IMG/VR virus record: IMGVR_UViG_3300045988_162372
Direction: 5' to 3' (one strand)
Length of the DNA: 64,000 bases
Source: a virus
Shown: positions 35,801 to 45,574 of the stretch, piece by piece
Layout of the letters: the number at the start of each line of letters is the position of its first letter
How positions within the stretch are numbered: the stretch's first letter is position 1
Translations under genes and position numbers: made by a program
Notes under the pieces: generated by a model
Databases searched by the model: none
Told to the model about the DNA's origin: nothing
The model's input: the letters and a program-made list of their open reading frames with translations, nothing else

Positions 35801-37735
35801 TTAACATTCAGCATTTTTCGGCTGTTCCTCTTCCTGTATAATGTCTGCATGTTGCACATCATCAATACTAAAGTCATAAACATTATTATCACGCTTTCTG
35901 AAACAGTCAATCAATCTCTTGATAAGTCTTGCGTAATATGCAGCTTGCTCAATAGCTATTCTTGCAGCAACATCAGAAGCAAGTGTTGCCAATAATTTCA
36001 TAAGCTCATTGAGAAGATATTGTATAAGTTGGTCTCTGACGGCACGAATAAGTGATGCGATGAGTTGCTTGAACATTGCCATGAAATCCTGTAAATTAAA
36101 GTTTGTTTCCCTTCCCAAAGTTTTAAGATTTATCAATATGAGAAGATATACTTTAGGTGAAAGAACAGAAAGTGTAATTACACAAGCAAGATGATTCATC
36201 AAGTTCTCAATAAAGTTCATTCTTACCCCAAAATTCACTTTACCAGTTTGTTCATAAGAAGTATCAGATATCGTGCCGCTTATTTCTGTAAGACTACCTT
36301 CGATAATAGATTGCATTTCTTGTTGCGTTGCGCTTTGGCTAATACCGTTCAAACTGCCAAGAATTGTTGACGGGTCTATTTTAACCGCACTGTTTTCCTC
36401 GCCATTAATTGAAAACAACCCACTTCTGTTCATTTCTGCTTTTTGCAGCATTGCATCATAATCGGCATTTGAAAAGGTAAAGAAACAATCACTCACAACT
36501 AAATCATCACTCTCAACAATATCTTGAACCATTTTCAATGTTTCGTTCTTGATAAGTTGTCTTGCATAAGAAAGATTGAGATGAATGTTCAATAAACCAG
36601 TTAATTGGTCTAATAATTGAGCTGCTACAACCTTTGAATCAAACAATTTCAATGAAGTGATATAATCATAATTAAACTCTATTAAAGTTTTACGATAATA
36701 ATAGTTTTCTTCGATGGGTTTATAATCTTTTGGTTTACCTAAAAATTCGTGATATTCATCTAATATGTTATAATATTCAGTATTAAGATTGGTGATTTCT
36801 TCATTCTTTACATTTATATTATTTTGAATATTATCTATCTCCGTATTAAGGGAAAGATATTGTTGCATATACTCATCATACGTGATAGTCTGTACAAGTA
36901 AAGATGTTGATAAATCGGCTATTTCATTGTGTTTCTCAGTTAAGTCACTTTGTAAATTTTCTAATTCTTCTTGTGCTTGGACTATTTCATTCGTTTTATC
37001 ATCCAACTGCTCTTGATATCCATCTTCATCCACATAATCGGTATTTCCGATAAATACATGAATACTGTTATTGAAAGGTGTCTGTATAGACATACCATTA
37101 CCTAAAGCATCTTTAATACCCATTGCCCTTTCATTGTATTCAAGGGTTATAATTCCGTCTATCTTTTCGTCTTTTGTACCTAACGCAGGACGTTCACCAT
37201 TTTCTTCATTAACCCTTTCATTTTTCCATACCTCTCTTTTGGTTGCTCTATTTTTCATATACCATAGAACCGCATTGAAATCTTCTGAGAATCTTGTATC
37301 ATCAGGCTTTGTCATTTCTTCACATCCAAAATAGAAATATTGTCCTATATTAGGGTCTGTAGGACAAGTTTGTAACAAATCTGTTATGTCAAGTTGCCTT
37401 AAATCAAATACAATACCCTCTCTTAACAAATCATCTGGTATATAAGGATTAATGGAACAAGATATAAGATTCTTGACGTTGGACATCAATATACCTTTCA
37501 CTGCAATCTCAACAGCATCAAGTTCATAAACAATGAAATTCGACAAAATTCTTATTAACGTATCATATCCTGCCGTATTTTTAAAAGCGTCCATTAAGAA
37601 AGTGAAAGGATTAGTTGAGGTATCCAGCGAAAGCAACGTATTTGTTGAATTCAGGTTTGGAAACTTGTCAATAATAGTAAGTGCTGCGTTAATCACGGCC
37701 AACGCATCATCTTTGACTTGCTTAATGTTTGCCAT
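35801..37735 (-). CDS. hypothetical protein (probable virion or assembly protein)
   Basis: 644-aa ORF with a central coiled-coil-like segment (QEELENLQSDLTEKHNEIADL...) and a hydrophobic stretch (ACVITLSVLSPKVYLLILINL). Confidence 0.5.
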   Translation of the reverse strand: MANIKQVKDDALAVINAALTIIDKFPNLNSTNTLLSLDTSTNPFTFLMDAFKNTAGYDTLIRILSNFIVYELDAVEIAVKGILMSNVKNLISCSINPYIPDDLLREGIVFDLRQLDITDLLQTCPTDPNIGQYFYFGCEEMTKPDDTRFSEDFNAVLWYMKNRATKREVWKNERVNEENGERPALGTKDEKIDGIITLEYNERAMGIKDALGNGMSIQTPFNNSIHVFIGNTDYVDEDGYQEQLDDKTNEIVQAQEELENLQSDLTEKHNEIADLSTSLLVQTITYDEYMQQYLSLNTEIDNIQNNINVKNEEITNLNTEYYNILDEYHEFLGKPKDYKPIEENYYYRKTLIEFNYDYITSLKLFDSKVVAAQLLDQLTGLLNIHLNLSYARQLIKNETLKMVQDIVESDDLVVSDCFFTFSNADYDAMLQKAEMNRSGLFSINGEENSAVKIDPSTILGSLNGISQSATQQEMQSIIEGSLTEISGTISDTSYEQTGKVNFGVRMNFIENLMNHLACVITLSVLSPKVYLLILINLKTLGRETNFNLQDFMAMFKQLIASLIRAVRDQLIQYLLNELMKLLATLASDVAARIAIEQAAYYARLIKRLIDCFRKRDNNVYDFSIDDVQHADIIQEEEQPKNAEC

Positions 37736-37739
37736 AATC

Positions 37740-38135
37740 TTATTTTATCTTATATTCTTTTGGTTTATTATCATCATCCTCTTCTTGTGCCATCTTCTGA
37801 AGGTCATCCCATTTGAAGTTGTTGAATATATCACTGTTTTCCGAAGCTTTTGTCAAATTTCCGTTATACTTCAATATTTCACTCAACAACTTAGCGATTT
37901 CCAATTTCCTTCCAATTGCCTTGTCTTTACTTACAATAAAATCATTCATAGCCTTTGCATATTTTGCTTTTGCATCCATGATTTCATCGTTAAGCTGTAC
38001 AGAATTGGCGACCTTGTTCATTTGAATTTGTATTTCTTCAATATTTTTACAAGCCTCATTATAAAGTTCTTGTAATAATTCTTCTATTTTTTCAGGAGAA
38101 TTAAGTTTAACCTTAAATCTTTTTGGAGTTATCAT
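37740..38135 (-). CDS. hypothetical coiled-coil protein
   Basis: 131-aa ORF, tightly packed with a 4-nt gap to the next gene. Confidence 0.5.
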   Translation of the reverse strand: MITPKRFKVKLNSPEKIEELLQELYNEACKNIEEIQIQMNKVANSVQLNDEIMDAKAKYAKAMNDFIVSKDKAIGRKLEIAKLLSEILKYNGNLTKASENSDIFNNFKWDDLQKMAQEEDDDNKPKEYKIK

Positions 38136-38162
38136 CTTTTATAAAAGCATTTATTAAGATAA

Positions 38163-38951
38163 TTATTCTTTCAAAAGTTTTTCTTTAAGGTTATAATACA
38201 TTTCCTTATATCTTCTGGATGCCTCACGTACTTCAGTCGTGCTTAACAATGTATACTCTTTAATAAAATACAATACGGATGTCTTGTTGAATTTCGTACT
38301 ACCCATACGTTTAAATAAATTACCCCAATGACTTAATAGTTCCAACAGGGCATATCCTACTTTTTCTTCATTCTTTGTGAGTTTCTTTTCAAGGACAACT
38401 TTTTTATTTAATATTCCATCTATTTCATTCTTCATCCCATCGATAAGTTCTTCATTTAAGTTCCAATTAAACAACTTTTTATCATCATCATTTCTTTGTG
38501 TAGGTTCTAAGAATACTTCATCATACGGATAAAACCTATCTCTTTGTTTCATATATGTGGTACGTTTAAGAATAAGGTAATTTTTACATACAGTACCACA
38601 ATACGAATATACTTTATAACCCTTTGTTACGTCAAAGTTATTGACTTTGGTTATAAGGAAAGAAAGTGTATCATAGAAAGTATCTGTAAAATCTTCTGAA
38701 GGAGTAAACAAATCATATCTTCTTATGATACTTTCAATCATCTTAGTAAACGCAGGAAGCAATTTTTCATTAAAAAGTTTATTTCTTTCGGCTTGGTCTG
38801 TACTTGTGATGTATTTGACAAATGCAGCTTCCTCTTCCTCGTAAAAATATCCTTTTCTATTTTTACCAGGTTTTCTACCTCTTTTCTTAGGTTTATTCTC
38901 AACCGCTACCTGAGTTGTTGTTTCTATTGCGTTTAAAGTTTCTAAAGACAT
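38163..38951 (-). CDS. sigma-70-family-like transcription factor
   Basis: LLPAFTKMIESIIRRY...DTFYDTLSFLITKVNNFDVTKGYKVYSYCGTVCKNYLI parallels sigma region 2 (...FD...g.(k/r)FstY....i.n). The C-terminal STTEVREASRRYKEMY segment could be a region-4-like HTH. The N-terminus is basic (KPKKRGRKPGKNRKG). Confidence 0.5.
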   Translation of the reverse strand: MSLETLNAIETTTQVAVENKPKKRGRKPGKNRKGYFYEEEEAAFVKYITSTDQAERNKLFNEKLLPAFTKMIESIIRRYDLFTPSEDFTDTFYDTLSFLITKVNNFDVTKGYKVYSYCGTVCKNYLILKRTTYMKQRDRFYPYDEVFLEPTQRNDDDKKLFNWNLNEELIDGMKNEIDGILNKKVVLEKKLTKNEEKVGYALLELLSHWGNLFKRMGSTKFNKTSVLYFIKEYTLLSTTEVREASRRYKEMYYNLKEKLLKE

Positions 38952-38977
38952 TAGGTGTTACCATAATATTTTATCAT

Positions 38978-39799
38978 TTATTTTACTTCCTCAACATTAT
39001 CCACAATAATATCCTTCTTTCTGTCTTCCTTGTACGGATATTCCCTCACAGCCAATTCAAACCATTTCTGAATTTCAGTATCAGACAATGTATTGTTATA
39101 TTCGTCAGTAAGGCTGTTTTTACGTCCTACAACATGAGTATATCCTTCTTTTGGTACAACATATACCTTTAATCCATTATGCGTAGTACGAAGCAAAAAT
39201 TCATAGTTAAATGACACTTTAATTGAAGGTTTCAACATGCCAACGCTTATAAAATCTTTTTTGTTGAATATACCACCAGTAAGATTGAATGTTGAACAGT
39301 TTTGCAAACAATCAAAATCAATGAAACCAATATCATTAGAGAATGAAGAAGCCCATACAATTTCATTACCAAACTGCCATTTCGTTCTGTCTTCGCTATG
39401 TTGCGCATTGATAGGTAAGAATACGCTCACATCCTCATTTGAAAAATAATATTCATGAGCCATACTGAACCAGTTTTTAGCATATTCATCATCGTATTCA
39501 AGAATTGAGAAATAATCGGTAGAACAATTTTTAACACCACAGTTCACTTGGCTGCAAAAATCTGTCTGTCCTTCATTAACAGTCAAAATGAAACTGTCAT
39601 AAGAATATTTTAAAGCTAAATCTTCTACCTTATCAGCTAATACTGATTTAATGGCAGGAGGACATACAACCATCGTGATTAATTTCCCATTAGAATAAGT
39701 TTCAGCGTTATTAACCACACTTTCTATTGCCTTATCCATATATTCATCAAACGTATCGTCAATTTGATGTACAGGTATTATTATAGTAATATCTTTCAT
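38978..39799 (-). CDS. glycosyltransferase, family 2-like (GT-A fold)
   Basis: ITIIIPVHQIDDTFDEYMDKAIESVV...NEGQTDFCSQVNCGVKNCSTDYFSILEYDDEY fits the GT2 pattern (sviIPvyN....l.Sv..Q...N.G...a.N.g...a.g.yi.fLD.DD). Confidence 0.7.
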   Translation of the reverse strand: MKDITIIIPVHQIDDTFDEYMDKAIESVVNNAETYSNGKLITMVVCPPAIKSVLADKVEDLALKYSYDSFILTVNEGQTDFCSQVNCGVKNCSTDYFSILEYDDEYAKNWFSMAHEYYFSNEDVSVFLPINAQHSEDRTKWQFGNEIVWASSFSNDIGFIDFDCLQNCSTFNLTGGIFNKKDFISVGMLKPSIKVSFNYEFLLRTTHNGLKVYVVPKEGYTHVVGRKNSLTDEYNNTLSDTEIQKWFELAVREYPYKEDRKKDIIVDNVEEVK

Positions 39800-40950
39800 T
39801 CTTCAGTGGAGGTTTTTGCAATTATTTTTGTTTCTTCAAGCTCTTTGATTCTATCTTCCATAATTTTATTGAAAACATTGTCAGCAGAAATTTTCCAATC
39901 ATCAAATTTGTATTTGGCATTAGTCACATTCATAGCATTAATCAGTTCTTCTGGAATATCATCCCTCATCCAAGAGCCTATGACTGATGCAAGAATAGCA
40001 TGTACGTCATTGATGTTATTAAACCAAATGGCATTGTCACACAAAACTTCTCCGTCACTCATCCATTCCATAATATCTTCTGGTACTTTACCTATTACAA
40101 TACTTCCGCATCGCATAGCTTCAATAGGAGAATATCCGAATTGGGTATCCCTATCAATCCAAACAGTAATTGCACCTTCTTTCAAAAGTTCAGCATACTC
40201 TTCTCTTGGGAAATTTCTAATATCCCTAAAAGAAATAAACTTATAGATAGGATATTTCCAATAGAAAGGCTTGATTATCTTGTTTACATCGTTTTGGTCT
40301 TTTGCAACAATATTTACAATAAGTTTCTTAGGTTTAATACTTTCCCTAAAACAATCATCAATATATGGATTTAAAACCTTCGTTTTTAAATAAGGGAATA
40401 CACTATGAATACGTTTATCAAGCAAGTTAGTTGCACAAATAGCATCAAATATTCCATAATTAGACCATTGAACGCCAAGAGGTATAAATTCGGTTACATA
40501 ATTATAGTTCTGAAGTAATACATATCTTTTACAAGGAATATTATGTTTATATGTTTCAAACATAAGACTTGAGAATACTTCTGGAATAAACAAAAAGTCA
40601 GACGGTGCAACTTTCCATTCGTTCATTGAAATATTCAAATGAGGAAGTCCGTCATATTCTTTTCCCATCCATTCGCTTGCACTATGGAAGATTCTCGCTT
40701 CATCAATAGCAAGTTCTTTTTTATTCAATTCTTCAAGCTCTTCTTGTGTATATTCATTAGGAAGCTGATATATCATTTGTACATTATATCCATTATTAAA
40801 CAGATATTTAGCCAATTGATATACATAAGACATACTTCCATTAGGAATTCCTTTTGAATCAATAACAAAGAAAAACAATGTGCAATCCTTGTTCTTTATA
40901 TTTTCGATTGCATTATTTATACGTTCTATTACAACTTTATTATCAGCCAT
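39796..40950 (-). CDS. glycosyltransferase, GT-B fold (GT1/GT4-like)
   Basis: The C-terminal FGYSPIEAMRCGSIVIGKVPE matches the GT1/GT4 E-x-FG-x-x-x-x-EAMA-x-G-x-PVI signature. 4-nt overlap with the GT2-like gene. Confidence 0.65.
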   Translation of the reverse strand: MADNKVVIERINNAIENIKNKDCTLFFFVIDSKGIPNGSMSYVYQLAKYLFNNGYNVQMIYQLPNEYTQEELEELNKKELAIDEARIFHSASEWMGKEYDGLPHLNISMNEWKVAPSDFLFIPEVFSSLMFETYKHNIPCKRYVLLQNYNYVTEFIPLGVQWSNYGIFDAICATNLLDKRIHSVFPYLKTKVLNPYIDDCFRESIKPKKLIVNIVAKDQNDVNKIIKPFYWKYPIYKFISFRDIRNFPREEYAELLKEGAITVWIDRDTQFGYSPIEAMRCGSIVIGKVPEDIMEWMSDGEVLCDNAIWFNNINDVHAILASVIGSWMRDDIPEELINAMNVTNAKYKFDDWKISADNVFNKIMEDRIKELEETKIIAKTSTEE

Positions 40951-41394
40951 TTATTCTAAATTCATTTCAGGATTATTTATTTCAAAGATAATACCACTAT
41001 GTAACAAAGTGTTAAAGGCTATTTTTTGGCCTAGGAATAAATCATCATCATTCTCAACCTTAATGATAGCCCCTTCTGGTGAATAATAAGGACTCACTAT
41101 TGTATTAAGTAAAATGCGTATGAAATCATAACGTACATTATTAAATGCAACATTATTATTTGATTTGGTTTCCGTAATTTCCTTACTTACAGCCCTAAAA
41201 TCGCCAATACTCTTTTCCTTGATGTTTTCATTGTCATCATCCTCATCAAGAGAAGTGTCAGCAAAAACCTGCGTAATTACAGTATTGGTATCTTTCTCAT
41301 TGTTTGGATTATGGGAAATGAATTCCATAAACTTATCCATATCTATCGCATAATAACGTCCGTTAAATTCATATAAACTACTTATCATATTCAA
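40951..41394 (-). CDS. hypothetical protein
   Basis: 147-aa ORF, contiguous with its neighbours. Confidence 0.5.
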   Translation of the reverse strand: MNMISSLYEFNGRYYAIDMDKFMEFISHNPNNEKDTNTVITQVFADTSLDEDDDNENIKEKSIGDFRAVSKEITETKSNNNVAFNNVRYDFIRILLNTIVSPYYSPEGAIIKVENDDDLFLGQKIAFNTLLHSGIIFEINNPEMNLE

Positions 41395-41992
41395 AACTAA
41401 TTAACTTGCTTATTGTTTCATTTTCATCTTGGAACAAATCCATTAAACTATCAAAAGTATATTTACATTCCACATCCTCATTATAAGGAGTTTTTATTTT
41501 AATTGCGACTTTTCCTTCAGGAACATTGGACAATAGTTTAGGATTTGCAGTAATCATTATATCACACCTATCCCATACTTTATGAGAATCAACGGGAAAC
41601 AACATTTCCCTACATCTGCATCCTATTTTTGAAAGAAAAGCATAAGTAGCTTGGATTGTCAATCCTATTTCAAACGGACTGAATAGGAAAATTTCAGGAA
41701 TGTCTCCTTCATCAAAGTCTCTCATAGTATTCTGTAACCAGTCACTGAAACGATACGGAAGCATCTTGTCCATAGGTTCTGCACGGGCATAAAGTTCGTA
41801 AGCATAATCATTATATCTGAAATTATTGAAATCTGCTCTATTTTCAAATTCAAAAACATCACACAAATCAAATGATTTTACATCTGAAACTTTAATATCA
41901 CAATCAGGATCAATGGCTTTTTTATAACATACTATAAATTGTGCCAAATTATCCCTTAGAGTATCGTTTATGTCAATAGCTATTTTTTTCAT
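41378..41992 (-). CDS. hypothetical protein, possibly HAD/5'(3')-deoxyribonucleotidase-like
   Basis: The N-terminal KKIAIDINDTLRD resembles the NT5C/HAD motif I (IavDmDgVLaD), but the second Asp position is Asn. The call is weak. Confidence 0.35.
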   Translation of the reverse strand: MKKIAIDINDTLRDNLAQFIVCYKKAIDPDCDIKVSDVKSFDLCDVFEFENRADFNNFRYNDYAYELYARAEPMDKMLPYRFSDWLQNTMRDFDEGDIPEIFLFSPFEIGLTIQATYAFLSKIGCRCREMLFPVDSHKVWDRCDIMITANPKLLSNVPEGKVAIKIKTPYNEDVECKYTFDSLMDLFQDENETISKLISFEYDK

Positions 41993-41995
41993 CTC

Positions 41996-42457
41996 TTATC
42001 TATCGTATTGTATTTCTATTTGTTTATTATCCTTGTCAACATATACGAGTCTTGGATAAGCATATTGAAGATTAGCCTTAAAACCACAACTACATTCATG
42101 TTTTGCAATAGTTTGTCTTGTGTAAGGATTACAATATAGCTTATGACTGCATCTTAATTCCTTTCCACATTTAGGGCAATATGCATGGATTAAATAAGCG
42201 TCTATTTTTTCACTTGAGAGAAGACCCTGTTCATCCATTTGTTTATCTGAAATCGTAGGATACTCCCGATGGAATTTATTAGCCATATCATTAGGGTCAT
42301 TTCTTAATTCGTCCAACTTTTTGGCATATTCATCCTTACTAAAATCAGAGGCAAATTGTTTTACCAACTCATCATCGTTATTTGAAACGACTTCATGGTT
42401 TTCATTCTGTTTATCAGCTTCAAACTGCTTCATATATTCTTCTAAAATGCTTCCCAT
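41996..42457 (-). CDS. hypothetical zinc-ribbon protein
   Basis: 153 aa with CPKCGKELRC...HECSCG cysteine pairs. Confidence 0.5.
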   Translation of the reverse strand: MGSILEEYMKQFEADKQNENHEVVSNNDDELVKQFASDFSKDEYAKKLDELRNDPNDMANKFHREYPTISDKQMDEQGLLSSEKIDAYLIHAYCPKCGKELRCSHKLYCNPYTRQTIAKHECSCGFKANLQYAYPRLVYVDKDNKQIEIQYDR

Positions 42458-42533
42458 TTTTTGTATTTATAGATTAATTTATAATTTTGTATATATTTAT
42501 AATAATATGTGTTTGTGATAAAATCAAGTCTTT

Positions 42534-43052
42534 TTATTTCCAAGTAACCTCTTTTTCGTTACCATTTTTATCATAATATGAAAACCAAAATTCTTTGGGT
42601 TCAAGAACAATAAGTTTATCCAATACATCTTTTGTGTATTTCTCAGCAACACCGTGTTTTACATAAGCAATAGTTGCATGGGGATGATATTCCTTATAGT
42701 CGGAATGAGTTGGATATTTGTCAGTAATAGCCTTATAAGAATTAAACAAAGGTATCGAACTTGCATCACACTTCAATACTTCAAAATCAGGATTATCAAA
42801 TGAAGATATGTTAGTAAGAAATGTTTGGTATTTATCCAAAGGCTCAAGCATATCTTTAAGCTTATTCAAATCGACATCATTATCAAGACAAGGAACAAGT
42901 GTAACATGAGTATCTGTTTCTATACCGTAACCGCTTCTACTGTCATCTCCATAATACAAATCATCTTCAGAAAGTTGTTCTTGTATGTCCTTAATAATAT
43001 CAGGCGTATTAAACCTAATCATTAAAAAAGCGTATTTCTTTTTATCTGCCAT
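42534..43052 (-). CDS. 2H phosphoesterase (LigT / Acb1-like)
   Basis: Two H-x-T motifs in the usual contexts: DTHVTLVPC (His49) and YHPHATIAYV (His125). 172 aa. Confidence 0.6.
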   Translation of the reverse strand: MADKKKYAFLMIRFNTPDIIKDIQEQLSEDDLYYGDDSRSGYGIETDTHVTLVPCLDNDVDLNKLKDMLEPLDKYQTFLTNISSFDNPDFEVLKCDASSIPLFNSYKAITDKYPTHSDYKEYHPHATIAYVKHGVAEKYTKDVLDKLIVLEPKEFWFSYYDKNGNEKEVTWK

Positions 43053-43071
43053 GTTATAAAATTATTATGTA

Positions 43072-44199
43072 TTATTTAAGACTTTCTATTTCAGCTTGTT
43101 CTTTCAGGTATTTTCTAAGACAATCACGGCAAAGCAGTTTTCCATATGTTTGTTCAGCAATCTGCATATCCATATATTCAGTTGTTTCAGAATCAGAAAT
43201 ATCATCACTATCATCATCAATATCTTTTCCTTGTGTGGGATTCAAGTCATCAATGGATGACGGGTCATAATATACTTCCTTTCCACATCTTTCGCATACA
43301 TATTTCTCTGCAAAATTATCAGTAAGGTCAAGTACACGTTCCTTTCTCTCATGGTTAGCATATTTATCAGCCATTTCTTTATTGTAGAACTGCTTAATCA
43401 TATCTTCACCATTTATAACAATATCAGCACTAAACCTTAAAATATAATCACCATCAAACTCCAATACCTTTTCAAACGAAAGGTTATTGAATTCAAACTG
43501 TATCATATCATTCAATTTGTACGCATGAAGTGTCGTAAATGCAACGGATATAATATCTAAAATATCAGATTTAATACCTTTATCCCTAATATTTTCAACT
43601 TCCCTTACAAAACCTTTTGAGATGAATACCTTATCATCAGGATATATGCTTACATAAAAATCAAGTTTAACAGTTTTTCCTGGGTATTTTTCAAATACGA
43701 CAAGTTTTTTGGTAAATTCTTCTATTTTATAACGTGGAAAGAAATTCCTTTTTACGTTCAAGGTATAACTCTTCTTAGGCTCAACATAGATTAAATGTTC
43801 ATCCTTGTAAAATGCATCTTTTAACCCATCATTAACACCTTCAATATTTCTTTCGTTAGGCTGAATGGTAATTACATTTAGATTTTCTGAATTTTCAAAC
43901 TTTACAAATTTACTGTCATATTTTTCATCCATTTTCTTTGCCAACGTAGGCGAGAAATACTCATAATGTTTTGCCTCCCTATCCACTGTATAAGTTCTGT
44001 ATCTAAGTTCTTTCACCTCTTGTGTCAATTCACCTTTAAGGAGAGCTTTTGAAACTCTATGCGACCCCACTTCCTGATTAACTGAAATCATATTGTCATG
44101 ACTTGAACCAAGTTGTGTGAATATTTCGTTTTCTGTATTTTTAAGACCGAACATTAATCCAGTCCATACATTATTTATCTTATCTTTAATTTTTCCCAT
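43072..44199 (-). CDS. hypothetical protein with C-terminal zinc ribbon
   Basis: 375-aa ORF with C-terminal CERCGKEV...CRDCLRKY and an acidic linker. Confidence 0.5.
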   Translation of the reverse strand: MGKIKDKINNVWTGLMFGLKNTENEIFTQLGSSHDNMISVNQEVGSHRVSKALLKGELTQEVKELRYRTYTVDREAKHYEYFSPTLAKKMDEKYDSKFVKFENSENLNVITIQPNERNIEGVNDGLKDAFYKDEHLIYVEPKKSYTLNVKRNFFPRYKIEEFTKKLVVFEKYPGKTVKLDFYVSIYPDDKVFISKGFVREVENIRDKGIKSDILDIISVAFTTLHAYKLNDMIQFEFNNLSFEKVLEFDGDYILRFSADIVINGEDMIKQFYNKEMADKYANHERKERVLDLTDNFAEKYVCERCGKEVYYDPSSIDDLNPTQGKDIDDDSDDISDSETTEYMDMQIAEQTYGKLLCRDCLRKYLKEQAEIESLK

Positions 44200-44202
44200 A
44201 GT

Positions 44203-44403
44203 TTATTCTAACTCAATATCCTTTATTCTTTTATCAATTTCATTTTCAAATTGAGTTTTTATAGTAAATAATTCTGAACGTACATCAAATTTATCTTTAT
44301 TTCCACCATTAATTTCAATATCAATATTTAATCTTTTAATTTTCTCATTAATAAGGTCAAAATAAGCCTTCAATTCCATTATTGACAATTCACTGATTTT
44401 CAT
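44203..44403 (-). CDS. hypothetical small coiled-coil protein
   Basis: 66-aa ORF, the first gene after a terminator. Confidence 0.4.
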   Translation of the reverse strand: MKISELSIMELKAYFDLINEKIKRLNIDIEINGGNKDKFDVRSELFTIKTQFENEIDKRIKDIELE

Positions 44404-44460
44404 TTGAATAAATTATATTATATAGAAATTATTATTAATTCAATATAATAATAGACATAT

Positions 44461-44502
44461 AAAAAATCAAGGTGGCATTCCTTGTAAGAGAAACACCACC
44501 TT
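44461..44502 (-). terminator. rho-independent terminator after the GMP reductase-like gene
   Basis: The AAGGTGG (44469..44475) / CCACCTT (44496..44502) stem has further imperfect pairing inside. The minus strand continues GATTTTTTATAT. Confidence 0.55.
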
Positions 44503-44531
44503 AGAAAAAATAAATTTAGGAATAACAAAAA

Positions 44532-45551
44532 TTATTTATTTACACTTTCTTGCGTGTTTTTAGAAATAACAACACAATCAACAAATTCAGGACAAAAATG
44601 TTCAATATCTGTTACATTCGTATAACTCATTGCGGAACGAAGATAGCTTTCCATATTTTCAACCCATGTGTTTAAATGTGTTGTAATGGGTAAATACTTA
44701 GTAATGCCTTCTGCGGTCTTTGTTTTCTTTCCGTTTATTACAATCTGTCCTTGCTTTGAAGCCATACCATAAATTTCCTTACATTTAACACCATCAACCT
44801 TAATTGTTTTAGCACAACTTTCATGTAATGACGCAAACAGGCTTCCAATCATTACATAATCAGCTCCCAATGCCAATGCTTTGATTACATCAGAATAATT
44901 ACGAATACCACCATCTGCAATGATATAAGGAAGTTTAGTACCCATAGAATCAGACAATAGTTGCAGACTCTGTTTAATTTCAAATACATCATTAATCAAT
45001 GAAGCCATAGGGTAATGGATAGACGTATTTGACGAAGTAATGCAGCATCCGCCACTACCAATTCCTACTCTAATATACTGTACACCAGCATTATAAGCAA
45101 CCTTATATGTTTCGGGATTTGCAATATTGCCAACCATAACAATGATATTATCTCCGTGAATTTTTTTAGCTTTCATAACATAATCATACATTAAATTCAT
45201 ATGCCCGTTGGCGATATCAATTAATGCCTTTGCAGGAGAATTAAACTTACCATATTCATTACAGAAACATTCATAGAATTCGTGAAGAGAATATGCAGAC
45301 CATCCACCAGAACAAGAATTGCCGTATCTCACGGTTATGTCAATGTTTCTCGGAAGAATTGCATTTATCTTGTTACTCTCAAACAAATGATAATTAAATT
45401 CATCTACAACACTGCTCATAGGCGCGGTAAATATAGGCAATTTACCATTTTCTTTATAAACATTGCATTCATCTCTATGTTCGATATATGAAACCTTTGC
45501 AGGTTTTACCATGATATCATTGTATGAATAAAGTGTCTTATCTAATAGCAT
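44532..45551 (-). CDS. GMP reductase / IMP dehydrogenase-family enzyme (no CBS insert)
   Basis: GIGSGGCCITS (catalytic Cys loop, compare GIGPGSICTT) and IADGGIRNYSDVIKALALGADYVMIGSLFA (compare IADGGI..sGDi.KAlaaGA..VM.GsllA). The 339-aa length fits GuaC-type proteins. Confidence 0.75.
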   Translation of the reverse strand: MLLDKTLYSYNDIMVKPAKVSYIEHRDECNVYKENGKLPIFTAPMSSVVDEFNYHLFESNKINAILPRNIDITVRYGNSCSGGWSAYSLHEFYECFCNEYGKFNSPAKALIDIANGHMNLMYDYVMKAKKIHGDNIIVMVGNIANPETYKVAYNAGVQYIRVGIGSGGCCITSSNTSIHYPMASLINDVFEIKQSLQLLSDSMGTKLPYIIADGGIRNYSDVIKALALGADYVMIGSLFASLHESCAKTIKVDGVKCKEIYGMASKQGQIVINGKKTKTAEGITKYLPITTHLNTWVENMESYLRSAMSYTNVTDIEHFCPEFVDCVVISKNTQESVNK

Positions 45552-45574
45552 AATAACATTATTTTTTAAAATTT

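Noticed and set aside
37533-38075. Long plus-strand ORFs antisense to well-supported minus-strand genes. This is the 180-aa example; others are 39764..40246, 47246..47728, 34704..35117, 40000..40374 and 13818..14156.
   Set aside because: Their products are low-complexity and rich in F/I/L/S, as expected when reading AT-rich coding DNA in antisense. They lack upstream promoter motifs and completely overlap genes with recognisable motifs. I treat them as shadow ORFs.
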